From the NCBI GenBank assembly GCA_047605325.1, contig JASGFX010000004.1, positions 14,957 through 78,956 of the forward strand: a stretch of 64,000 nt of DNA, read 5' to 3'. This document shows positions 27,432-40,401 of this stretch, one piece after another. The first letter of the stretch is position 1, and every line of letters starts with the position of its first letter. The translations under genes and the position numbers were made by a program. The notes under the pieces were generated by a model. The model searched no databases and was not told the DNA's origin. It saw nothing but the letters and a program-made list of their open reading frames with translations. This DNA is from Solirubrobacterales bacterium. Lineage in GTDB: Bacteria; Actinomycetota; Thermoleophilia; Solirubrobacterales; JACPNS01.

Positions 27432-28288
27432 CCCCGCACCGCGCTGATCCGGCGTGCCGCGACCACCCCGAAGGTCATGAGCGCGGACGATGCAAGCAGC
27501 ATCATCGCCGTCGGCACCAGCCGCAGCGCGCCGGTCACCGCGCCCGGGCGCGCCAGCTCTAGTAACACCGCCACGACCACCGGAATCGCCGCAACCACAT
27601 ACGAGGTGTAGCGCGCCTGTGCGCTGGCCGCCCGAGCGTCGGCGAGCGCGCGGTCACGCGCGCGAAAGGCCTCTGACAACTCTCGCATCAGCTTCACGAG
27701 ATCGCCGCCGCTCCCGCGGTGCAGCTCGATCGCGCCGGCCAGCGACTCGATGCGCGGCGAGCCGGTACGCGAGCGCAGGGCGGCGAGCGAATCGGTGACC
27801 GTTCCGCCGAGCGTCATGTCGACGGCCGCGCGGTCGAGTTCGGTCGCGAGCGGCTGCGGGGTCGCCGCCCCGGCGGTCAGCAACGCGCCGCGTACCGACC
27901 TGCCTGCGGCGAGCGACGAGGCGAGTGCCTGCGCGAGCTCCGGCGCGCAGGCGTCGACTCGCGTGGCGTAGCGCCGCCGACGTGCACGGATGAAGCCGCG
28001 CAGCGCGAATGGACCGAAAAGCGCTCCGAATGGCATGCCCGGAAGCCCGAATACAGAGAATCCGAGAATCGCCCCCACCCCCGCTGCGGCGAGCAGCAAC
28101 TTGCGCCCGCCGAACGATTCATCGAGCGTGCCCTCGCTGGTGAGCTGGCGCAGCAGAGCGCTCCATCGCTGCGCGGCAGGCGTCGAAAGCGGCGATGCGT
28201 CGTTTGACCGCAACGCGCGCACCAGCGAGAACACGGCAAATCCCGCCGCAGCGGCGGCGCAGAGCGCGGCCAGCGCCCGCTCGCTCAC
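27428..28288 (-). CDS. tadB: type II secretion system F-domain protein (TadB-like)
   Basis: Trimmed to the GTG at 28288, which overlaps the cpaF stop (GTGA). 286 aa with the same architecture as TadC. Confidence 0.65.
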   Translation of the reverse strand: MSERALAALCAAAAAGFAVFSLVRALRSNDASPLSTPAAQRWSALLRQLTSEGTLDESFGGRKLLLAAAGVGAILGFSVFGLPGMPFGALFGPFALRGFIRARRRRYATRVDACAPELAQALASSLAAGRSVRGALLTAGAATPQPLATELDRAAVDMTLGGTVTDSLAALRSRTGSPRIESLAGAIELHRGSGGDLVKLMRELSEAFRARDRALADARAASAQARYTSYVVAAIPVVVAVLLELARPGAVTGALRLVPTAMMLLASSALMTFGVVAARRISAVRG

Positions 28289-29493
28289 TGCCGCTCGCTT
28301 TCCGCGGCGATCTCGCCCAGGCGGGCCCCGGCGGGCTCGCTCCAATGCTCGGCGCCATCCGCTCCGAGCTGCATCAGTGGCCGCGCGAGCAGCGCTCCGC
28401 CGTCCTCGGTCACCTCGGCGATGGCGGCGATCCTGCGTGCACCGCCGGCGACGCGCGCCTGATGCACGATCAGGTCGAGCGCCGATGCCGTCATTCGACG
28501 GATCGCCTCGTGCGGCACGTCAACCCCGGCCATCAGCGCGAGCGTCTGCACGCGATCAAGCGCGCCGGCCGGAGAGTTGGCGTGGACCGTGGTGAGAGAA
28601 CCGTCGTGCCCGGTGGTCATCGCGGCGAGCATGTCGAGTGCCTCACCTCCACGCACCTCTCCGACGACGATGCGGTCGGGCCGCATGCGCAGCGCGGTGC
28701 GAACCAGCGAGCGGATCGTCACCTCGCCCCGGCCCTCGAGGTTCGCCGGACGCGCCTCGAGGCGCACGACGTGGCCCTGCCGAAGCCGCAACTCGGCCGC
28801 GTCCTCGATCGTCACGATGCGCTCCCGCTCTGGAACAAAGGCCGACAGCGCATTCAGCGTCGTCGTCTTGCCCGAGCCCGTCCCGCCGCTGACGAGCAGC
28901 GAGAGTCGCCGCTCGACACAGAGCGCAAGCAGCGCGTGCGCGCGCGTCGAGAGCGTGCCGTTCTCGACCAGCGCAGCGGGATCAAAGTGCGAGTGCCGGA
29001 AACGGCGGATCGTCAGTGCCGGACCGCCAAGCGCGAGCGGCGGAATCACGACGTTCACGCGTGAGCCATCTGGAAGGCGGGCATCGCAGATCGGCGAAGC
29101 CTCGTCGACACGGCGGCCGAGCGGCGCGATCATCCGCTCGATCAGCTCTTCCAGCTCCTCGCGCGAATCGAATGAGACTTCGGTCGGGACGACCACACCG
29201 CCGCGCTCGACCCAGATCTGCTCGTGACCGTTGACCATGATCTCATCGACGGTCTCGTCGGCGAGCAGCGGCTCAAGCGGCCCGTATCCGACCGACGCGG
29301 TGACCACGCGCTCGATCAGCTGGTCGCGCATCGCGAGCGACAGCGCAGGAGCCTCACGCTCGACGAGCGACCGCACATGCTCGCGAACGCTCTCGCCCTC
29401 GCCTCGCAACGAGACGCGGCGCGCGCGGGCGTCCGCGATCGCGCGCTCGCGCAGTTCTGCGGCGAAGCGATCGAGGTGAGGCGAGTCGCTCAT
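28285..29493 (-). CDS. cpaF: CpaF/TadA-family secretion ATPase
   Basis: 402 aa. Walker A VSGGTGSGKTTTLNAL, Walker B RIVVGEVRG and a His-box-like region are present. Confidence 0.9.
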   Translation of the reverse strand: MSDSPHLDRFAAELRERAIADARARRVSLRGEGESVREHVRSLVEREAPALSLAMRDQLIERVVTASVGYGPLEPLLADETVDEIMVNGHEQIWVERGGVVVPTEVSFDSREELEELIERMIAPLGRRVDEASPICDARLPDGSRVNVVIPPLALGGPALTIRRFRHSHFDPAALVENGTLSTRAHALLALCVERRLSLLVSGGTGSGKTTTLNALSAFVPERERIVTIEDAAELRLRQGHVVRLEARPANLEGRGEVTIRSLVRTALRMRPDRIVVGEVRGGEALDMLAAMTTGHDGSLTTVHANSPAGALDRVQTLALMAGVDVPHEAIRRMTASALDLIVHQARVAGGARRIAAIAEVTEDGGALLARPLMQLGADGAEHWSEPAGARLGEIAAESERQ

Positions 29494-30104
29494 CGCCCGC
29501 CCACCACCACCGCGCGCAGTTCGCGCGCGAAGACGTCGGCGCGGATCACCGGGCCGACCTGCGCAGCGGCCAGTCGCAGTGTTGCGAAGCTCCGCCCCTG
29601 GGCACCTTCCTGAGCGGCGAGCACTTCAGCCCCGGCCAGGACCTCGTTCGTCGCCTGGCCGCCGCCGAAGCCGCTGGCGAAAAGGTCCACGCGATCACCG
29701 GCCGCGAGCTGATCCCCAGCGGGCGAGACGAGCACGTCGACTGTGAGCGCACGCTCGCCCGGCCGCAATTTCGCGGCGCGCGACGACGAATCCGTACCGG
29801 CCAGCAGTGCTGCGGTCACGTAGCTCCCGGCGGGAAGATCCGCGATCGCCCTTGTGCCGGCCGCTTCGGCGGGGTCGCCGAGCGCGCCGGCCGGGGCGAA
29901 GCGCCGCGGCAGCAGACGAACTGCAAGCGTCGCGAGCGCGGCGTCGTCGAAGCGATCCCCGGCCGAAACCGCCCGGGTCGTCACGACGACGGCAGTCGCC
30001 GGGCCGTCGCCCCGCGCCGCGCGCCCGGTGTAGCTGAAGGTCAGCCAGCCCGCGAGCGCGGCGCAGATACCGGCCGCCGCGAGCGTGCGTGCCTGTGGAC
30101 TCAT
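29490..30104 (-). CDS. cpaB: Flp pilus assembly protein CpaB (SAF domain)
   Basis: 204 aa with an N-terminal TM anchor followed by a SAF-like region (VVVTTRAVSAGDRFDD). Located directly upstream of cpaF. Confidence 0.65.
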   Translation of the reverse strand: MSPQARTLAAAGICAALAGWLTFSYTGRAARGDGPATAVVVTTRAVSAGDRFDDAALATLAVRLLPRRFAPAGALGDPAEAAGTRAIADLPAGSYVTAALLAGTDSSSRAAKLRPGERALTVDVLVSPAGDQLAAGDRVDLFASGFGGGQATNEVLAGAEVLAAQEGAQGRSFATLRLAAAQVGPVIRADVFARELRAVVVGGR

Positions 30105-30883
30105 TCGCCCACCCGCGAGGGGAGCTGGACGGGCCGGTGAACGGCCGGCACGGTGAAGGCGAGCGTGGCGCCGGAAGCTGAAGGCGCGCTCGCAAGCCGC
30201 CCACCGAGCTGCCGGGCCGACTCGCGCGCGATCGAGAGTCCGTGCCCATGCTCTCCGCGCTGCGGCCTGCGGGTCATCCCCGAGAGTGGCCGCGGCAGAC
30301 CCGGGCCTTCATCTGAGACCTCGATGCGCAGGCTGTCACTGCGCATCCTCGCCGAAAGCGTGATCGTGCCGTTGCCATGGCGGATCGCGTTGGCGAGGAG
30401 GTTCGCCACCACCTCGACGAAGCGCCGCTTGGGTCCGTTGGCCCAGACGCCGTCTTCGGGACCGCTCCATTCGAAGCGCAGCTCGCGACCTTCTCGGCGG
30501 GCGGCCTCGGACCAGATCATCGCCAGCCGCTCGAGCTCGACCCGCGCATCGAGCCGCAGCCGCCGCGCACGGCGCATCGCGCCGGCCTCGGCCAGGCCGT
30601 CGCGTGTAAGTGAGGGCGCGACGAGCCGAGAGTGCAGCAGGACCTCGAAATCAGAGAGGGTCGCGTAGGTCCGCTCGAGTTCGTCGGAGGCCGCGCGGCA
30701 GACGCCTGGCTTGTCGAGATCGAGCACAGGCATCAGGTCGACGGCAAGGCGCGCCGAGGTGATCGCGCCGCGCAGTTCGTGCAGCTCGCGAGCGAGCGCA
30801 CCGCGACGGCGACGGGCCAGGGCGACAAGCGCGAGCAGAGCGATCGATCCGATCAGCCAGAGCGCGGCGATCACCGTGAACAT
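30101..30883 (-). CDS. sensor histidine kinase
   Basis: Trimmed to the ATG at 30883 (MFTVIAALWLIGS..). H-box ELHELRGAIT, N-box LLANAIRHGNG, G1 DEGPGL and G2 GHGLSIA are present. The start shares one base with the response-regulator stop. Confidence 0.85.
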   Translation of the reverse strand: MFTVIAALWLIGSIALLALVALARRRRGALARELHELRGAITSARLAVDLMPVLDLDKPGVCRAASDELERTYATLSDFEVLLHSRLVAPSLTRDGLAEAGAMRRARRLRLDARVELERLAMIWSEAARREGRELRFEWSGPEDGVWANGPKRRFVEVVANLLANAIRHGNGTITLSARMRSDSLRIEVSDEGPGLPRPLSGMTRRPQRGEHGHGLSIARESARQLGGRLASAPSASGATLAFTVPAVHRPVQLPSRVGE

Positions 30884-31614
30884 CAGCGCGCCTCCCCGTG
30901 AGCGAGGAGCCGGTACCCCACTCCCCAGCTGTTGATCACGTACGCGCGACGACCGCCGCTGAGCTTGCGCCGCAGGCGACAGGCGTGCTGGTCGAGCGTG
31001 CGCGATGACCCGACGCGGTAACCCCATATCTCGCGCAGCAGGCGCTCGCGTTCGAACACACGCTCAGGCTCTGCCGCGAGCGCCATCAGCAGTGCGAATT
31101 CCTTGTGCGTGAGGTCGATCTCGCGGCCACGGAGCGAGACATGCCTGCTGTTCGGATCGATCAGCAGCTCGCCGACCGAGAGGACGTCGTCGGTCGGCTC
31201 GATGTTTCGACGACGCAGGACGGCCGCGACACGGCTGCGCAGCTCACCGAATGAATAGGGCTTGGTCACGTAGTCGTCGCAGCCGCACTCGAAGCCTCGG
31301 ATGCGGTCGAACTCCGCGCTGCGCCCGCTGACCATCACGACGGGAAGACCCGACAGCGTGCATTCGCTCGGACGCACCCTGCCGGCGCGCAGGTCGCGCA
31401 GCAGGTCGTAGCCGGCCCCGTCGGGAAGGTTGACGTCGAGCAGGACGAGGTCGAAGCGTCCGTGAGTCAGTGCGCGAGCAGCGGTCGCGAGATCCTCCGC
31501 GCCGCGCGCGCGGTAGCCGTCGAGCTCGAACGCCTCGATCAGTCGCTCGCGGACCGCTTCGTCGTCGTCGACGACGAGCAGTCGCGCCGGAGTGGCAGAG
31601 ACGGTGGTGGTCAT
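30883..31614 (-). CDS. OmpR-family response regulator
   Basis: Trimmed to the ATG at 31614, preceded by AAGAGGAGGG. Receiver domain (LLVVDDDEAV..LVLLDVNLPDG) and winged-helix output (SRTLDQHACRLRRKL..VWGVGYRL) are present. Confidence 0.9.
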   Translation of the reverse strand: MTTTVSATPARLLVVDDDEAVRERLIEAFELDGYRARGAEDLATAARALTHGRFDLVLLDVNLPDGAGYDLLRDLRAGRVRPSECTLSGLPVVMVSGRSAEFDRIRGFECGCDDYVTKPYSFGELRSRVAAVLRRRNIEPTDDVLSVGELLIDPNSRHVSLRGREIDLTHKEFALLMALAAEPERVFERERLLREIWGYRVGSSRTLDQHACRLRRKLSGGRRAYVINSWGVGYRLLAHGEAR

Positions 31615-31973
31615 GAGACCCTCCTCTTTGTGGTTTTGATCAGGCGCGCGCTCGCGCCGGGCACGAGGCCGACTCGGGCGGCTTCGCCAGGTGCGAGTTC
31701 GAGCACTTCGCGAGCACCGAGGTGGACCGCGGCTCGCCACGGGCCAAGCGTGCACGTGCGCAGCACCGAGCCGCCGTGCCCCAGGAAGACGACGTCGATC
31801 GACCGCCTCATCGCGACGGTGTGGACGGAGCTGCAACGGGTGAAGCACAGCGCGCAGCCCGGGGCCGGGAGCCTGCGGCCGATCAGTCCGGTCGCGCGGC
31901 GCAGGCCGGTTGCTCGCTGCACATCGAGGTGCACGCCCTCGCTTGTTCTCCATTGCTCGGCGATAATTCCCAT
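31611..31973 (-). CDS. DUF192-family protein
   Basis: 120 aa. The pattern ..SIDVVFLGHGGSVL..AREVLELAPGEAARVGLVPG.. resembles DUF192 (COG1430). The stop overlaps the response-regulator start (ATGA). Confidence 0.55.
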   Translation of the reverse strand: MGIIAEQWRTSEGVHLDVQRATGLRRATGLIGRRLPAPGCALCFTRCSSVHTVAMRRSIDVVFLGHGGSVLRTCTLGPWRAAVHLGAREVLELAPGEAARVGLVPGASARLIKTTKRRVS

Positions 31974-32143
31974 CAGTCCTTTAAGTGATCCGGGCCGCCG
32001 CGCTTACTCCCCCAAACGCGGTATTTGCTGAAGAAAGCCAAATCACAGCGCGCAAGGTCGCTTGCACCGCTCGCGTCGAAGCAGGAATCGGCCGTAACCT
32101 CCCGACGCAGGGATGCAAACCGCTCCCGCCGACTACTGCTCAC

Positions 32144-32608
32144 ATGGATCCCTACCGCCGACAGAACTACGACTCGGGCTCGGACTACGTCCTCGAGTAC
32201 GGAGAGCTCCGCTTCACGTTCAACGAACGTGACTTCTGCGAGCGCGTCGAGCAGGCGGCCATGAAACTCGGGTTCATCGAGCGCCGACTCGCCTTCGAAG
32301 AATCGGAAGACCTCGTCAACCTCGTCGTCAACGGTGAAGTCGACGATGCGGTCTCGGCGCTCGGTCATCACATCAACGAGTGCTGGTGCGAGCTCTCGGG
32401 CAACGACGAGGGGTCACTGGTGCACTGGCTGCGCCGCCTCGTCTTCCGCGGCGCATGGCTCGATCAGCGCGTGATCGAGGGTGAACTCGACATCGTCTAT
32501 GACGAAGAACACGCCGAGTTCCTCTACGCCCAGCCCGATCGCGGTTACGAACCGATCATCCTCGCGACCGGCCCCTCGTGGCAGCAGGTCGCGTACCACA
32601 CTCATTGA
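32144..32608 (+). CDS. hypothetical acidic protein
   Basis: Strong GC3 bias in this frame, against the antisense ORF 31973-32371. Start taken at the ATG at 32144. I recognise no family. Confidence 0.55.
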   Translation: MDPYRRQNYDSGSDYVLEYGELRFTFNERDFCERVEQAAMKLGFIERRLAFEESEDLVNLVVNGEVDDAVSALGHHINECWCELSGNDEGSLVHWLRRLVFRGAWLDQRVIEGELDIVYDEEHAEFLYAQPDRGYEPIILATGPSWQQVAYHTH

Positions 32609-32612
32609 ATTC

Positions 32613-32637
32613 GTCAAACGGGCTTGCCCCGTTTGAC
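32613..32637. terminator. hairpin between convergent genes
   Basis: GTCAAACGGG-cttgc-CCCGTTTGAC, a 10-bp perfect stem 5 nt after the stop at 32608. A second hairpin, GCGCACC-aaa-GGTGCGC, lies near 32750 just downstream of the Rho-like gene. Confidence 0.5.
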
Positions 32638-32776
32638 GTCCCGCTTGGCTGAGGGGTGCGCTCGGGAGACCCCCGCGCACCTTGGACGGGCAGCTGGGTG
32701 GAGTGAGCCTGTAGTGAACGCTGCCGGCCGCAACGCGCCCGATCTCAGCTGCGCACCAAAGGTGCGCGGTCGGCGG

Positions 32777-34060
32777 TCAGTTGCCGCTCCAGCTGGCCTT
32801 CTTGTCGAGCTTGAGCTTGCGGCCACCGGCCACCACGCCGATCGCGCTGGCCTGAGCCTCGAGGGGCGAACCCGCGCCGGCCGAAGCGGCGATCGTGAGG
32901 GCGCCGCCCTGGGCGAGGTTGCGGGCGCTGACGAAGATCTCATTGGCCTTTTCGGCCGGAAGCAGATCGAGTCCGTCGACCAGCACCGCAGTGTCGCGGC
33001 CGGTCTCGGCAAGGCGACGGTCACGGTCGAGTGCGAGCTCAAGTGCGGGCAGCACGTCTTCGGGCGCCTTGGTGGCGTCGCCAGCGATGACTTCGACCCC
33101 ACTCATCGCTTCGGACTGCTCCGGACGCGCGGTCACGATCACCAGCGTCGTCACGACGCCGTCGGACGCCAGCTCACCGGCGAGCTTCTTGAGCATCTCC
33201 GAGGCGGCGGCGCGGGTCGGGCCGGTCACGACAAGGCGCGATCCCGCGCCGATCGGGGCGTGCTTGAAGGTCTTCTTTGCGTAGCGACCGGCAATTGCGA
33301 CAGCGTCGCGCTTCTCGAACGGCTGCGCCGGCTGCTTGCGAGCCTCTTGATGCTGGCCGTTGACCGAGTCGATCGAGCCGACGACGAAGTCTGTGCGACC
33401 GCGGCGAGCCTTCTTGACCTGCGCGTTGATCAGGTCTCCACGCGTGAGATTCCAACGGCGAACTTCGCCGCGCGGCACGTCGGCGTCGCCGCGAACTCGG
33501 CGAGTCAGATCTGTTCGCAGGCGCCCGCCTCCGCCCGAGCCCGGCTCGAAAACACCGGCCAGTGGCGTGGTCGGCTCGTCGCGACGCTCCTTCGGGGCCT
33601 TCTCGCTCTTTTCAGAGCCTGCCGCTGCTGCGGCGCCGGCCTCGGCCTTGGCCTGCTGCTGCCGGCCACCGCGTCCACGCGGGGTGCGTCCTGAAGTCTG
33701 CTTCTCGCCTGCGGCGGATCCTCCGCGGCGACCGCGACCCCCGCGCTGGCCGCGCGAACCACCGCGGGCACGCTCGGCGGCTGCCTCCTGGCGTGCGGCC
33801 TCGCGTTCTGCTTCTTCGGCCTCTTCCTTGTCGGCGAGCGCCTTCTCACGCTCTGCCCTGATGCGGCCGAGCTCGGTCGCCTTGGCCTCGACGGCCGGGC
33901 GGATCTCGTCGCCGATCGCGCCGCGCGATTCGAGGATCGCGATCGTGAGGTCGGGCTTCTTGAGCAGGCGGTAGCCCTCGATGTCGAGCTCGCCCGCGAT
34001 CGCGTGCAGATCGGAGAGCGGACTCTCGAGGAGGTTGTCGATGTCGAGTACCGGAGTCAT
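32777..34060 (-). CDS. Rho-like protein with a degenerate, truncated ATPase domain
   Basis: 427 aa. It has a Rho_N-like helix (LSDLHAIAGELDIEGYRLLKKPDLTIAIL) followed by an R/G/E-rich insertion. An OB-fold RNA-binding region aligns to E. coli Rho (GVFEP..GGRLRTD..VPRGEVRRWNLTRGDLINAQV). The RecA-like region shows PIGAGSRLVVTGPTRAAAS in place of PIGRGQRGLIVAPPKAGKT. Confidence 0.7.
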   Translation of the reverse strand: MTPVLDIDNLLESPLSDLHAIAGELDIEGYRLLKKPDLTIAILESRGAIGDEIRPAVEAKATELGRIRAEREKALADKEEAEEAEREAARQEAAAERARGGSRGQRGGRGRRGGSAAGEKQTSGRTPRGRGGRQQQAKAEAGAAAAAGSEKSEKAPKERRDEPTTPLAGVFEPGSGGGGRLRTDLTRRVRGDADVPRGEVRRWNLTRGDLINAQVKKARRGRTDFVVGSIDSVNGQHQEARKQPAQPFEKRDAVAIAGRYAKKTFKHAPIGAGSRLVVTGPTRAAASEMLKKLAGELASDGVVTTLVIVTARPEQSEAMSGVEVIAGDATKAPEDVLPALELALDRDRRLAETGRDTAVLVDGLDLLPAEKANEIFVSARNLAQGGALTIAASAGAGSPLEAQASAIGVVAGGRKLKLDKKASWSGN

Positions 34061-34097
34061 GTTCGGGCGGCATCCTAATCGACACGGCCGCGGCCGC

Positions 34098-35006
34098 TCA
34101 CGGGGCGGCGACCCGTCGCTTCTCGAGATCGAGCGTCAGATCCTCTTCAACACTCAAGTCGCCGGTGAGCGCGGCGCGGACGACGAGGAAATCCGCTGCC
34201 GCCGCGACATCGTGGATGCGCGCGATCGCGACTCCCGCCTCCACACCGGCTTCGAGCGCTGCCAGTGTGCCGGCTTCGCGCTCGCGTGGCCCCCGATCGG
34301 TCAGCGCCCCGATGAAGTCCTTGCGGCCCGCGGCGAGCAGGATCGGACGGCCGAGCTCGCGAAAACGCGGGACCGCCCGCAGCACCTCGATCGTCTGGGC
34401 CGGCGTCTTGGCGAAGTCGGGACCCGGGTCGAGGATGATCCGCTCACGCGGAACCCCCTGCGCCTCGGCGCGCTCAATCGCGTCAGCGAGGAAGTCATGC
34501 ACGTCGGTCACGACGTCGTCGTAGTGGGGAAAGAGCTTCTGCTTGGGCGCCGCGCGGGTGTGCATCAGCACGAGCGCGGCGTCGCCCTCGGCGGCAGCAG
34601 CGGCGAGATCGTCGTCGGCCAGACCTGAGACGTCATTGACGATCCTCGCCCCGGCGGCGATCGCCGCTCGCGCAACCGCAGGCTTGTAGGTGTCGACGCT
34701 CACGACCGCGCCCGGCAGCGCTGCCACGGCCTCGATCACCGGCACGACGCGAGAGATCTCCTCGCCGGCGTCGACCGCCGGCTTGTTCGTGATCCCAGAC
34801 TCGCCGCCGATGTCGATGATGTCGGCGCCCTCGGCGATCAGCTCCCGCGCGAGCGCGAGACGCTCTTCGATCGGTTTCGCGCCGGGTGCGTCCGAGAAGG
34901 AATCGGGCGTAGCGTTGACAACGCCCATCAGATACGGCCGCCAGCGCGGGCGTCTTGCCAGCCCCAGGTGCTCACGCAATGCCGCGTCGATCAGATCCCC
35001 GCTCAT
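34098..35006 (-). CDS. folP: dihydropteroate synthase
   Basis: Trimmed to the ATG at 35006. Contains GVVNATPDSFSD and DIGGEST-like (DIGGESG) motifs. Confidence 0.9.
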   Translation of the reverse strand: MSGDLIDAALREHLGLARRPRWRPYLMGVVNATPDSFSDAPGAKPIEERLALARELIAEGADIIDIGGESGITNKPAVDAGEEISRVVPVIEAVAALPGAVVSVDTYKPAVARAAIAAGARIVNDVSGLADDDLAAAAAEGDAALVLMHTRAAPKQKLFPHYDDVVTDVHDFLADAIERAEAQGVPRERIILDPGPDFAKTPAQTIEVLRAVPRFRELGRPILLAAGRKDFIGALTDRGPREREAGTLAALEAGVEAGVAIARIHDVAAAADFLVVRAALTGDLSVEEDLTLDLEKRRVAAP

Positions 35007-35067
35007 CGCCCGCACTCTACGCGAGCACCCCGGCGCCCACATCCGCTCGATCTGTGAAGCTGCCCGC

Positions 35068-35670
35068 GTGAACAGCGAACCGAAGTTCGAAGCCGTGCTG
35101 ATGCGCCATGGACAGACCGAGTGGAGCGCAAGCGGCCGCCACACCGGCAACACCGACATCCCGCTGACTCCCGAAGGAGAGGTCGAAGCCGCCGCGATGA
35201 CGCCGCACATCTCCGGCCACCGCTACGAGCTGGTGCTGACCAGCCCGCTCGAGCGCGCGCGCAAGACCTGCGAGCTGGTCGGCCTCGGCGAGCGAGCGCA
35301 GATCCGCGAGGATCTGCGTGAGTGGGACTACGGCGACTACGAGGGATTGACCAGCCCACAGATCCATGAGCTCGATCCGAACTGGAATCTCTGGCGCGAC
35401 GGATGCCCCGGCGGCGACTCGCCGGACGACGTCTCCGCGCGCTGCGACCGGGTGATCACCGAGCTGCTCGCGCAGGCCTCAGGAGGGGACGGCGACGCAA
35501 TCGTCTTCGCGCACGGCCACATTCTGCGCTCGCTCGGCGCGCGCTGGTGCGGACTACCGGTGGCCGCGGGCGCCCATCTGCTGCTCTCGACCGCCGCGGC
35601 CAGTTCACTCAGCTTCGAACATCAGATACCGGCGATCAAGTTTTGGAACCGCACCTCGCAGGATCGCTGA
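35068..35670 (+). CDS. histidine phosphatase family protein (phosphoglycerate-mutase-like)
   Basis: GTG start at 35068. RHG motif (LMRHGQTEW) and downstream SPLERARKT are present. Confidence 0.8.
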   Translation: MNSEPKFEAVLMRHGQTEWSASGRHTGNTDIPLTPEGEVEAAAMTPHISGHRYELVLTSPLERARKTCELVGLGERAQIREDLREWDYGDYEGLTSPQIHELDPNWNLWRDGCPGGDSPDDVSARCDRVITELLAQASGGDGDAIVFAHGHILRSLGARWCGLPVAAGAHLLLSTAAASSLSFEHQIPAIKFWNRTSQDR

Positions 35671-35685
35671 CCGCAGGCTCGACTC

Positions 35686-40398
<4,713 letters not shown>

Positions 40399-40401
40399 CG
40401 C

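Noticed and set aside
31974-32143. Search for a short Flp pilin gene next to the tad cluster
   Set aside because: Manual translation of both strands of this spacer gave no ORF with a hydrophobic Flp-type G/xTAIEY motif. Absence elsewhere cannot be concluded from this window.
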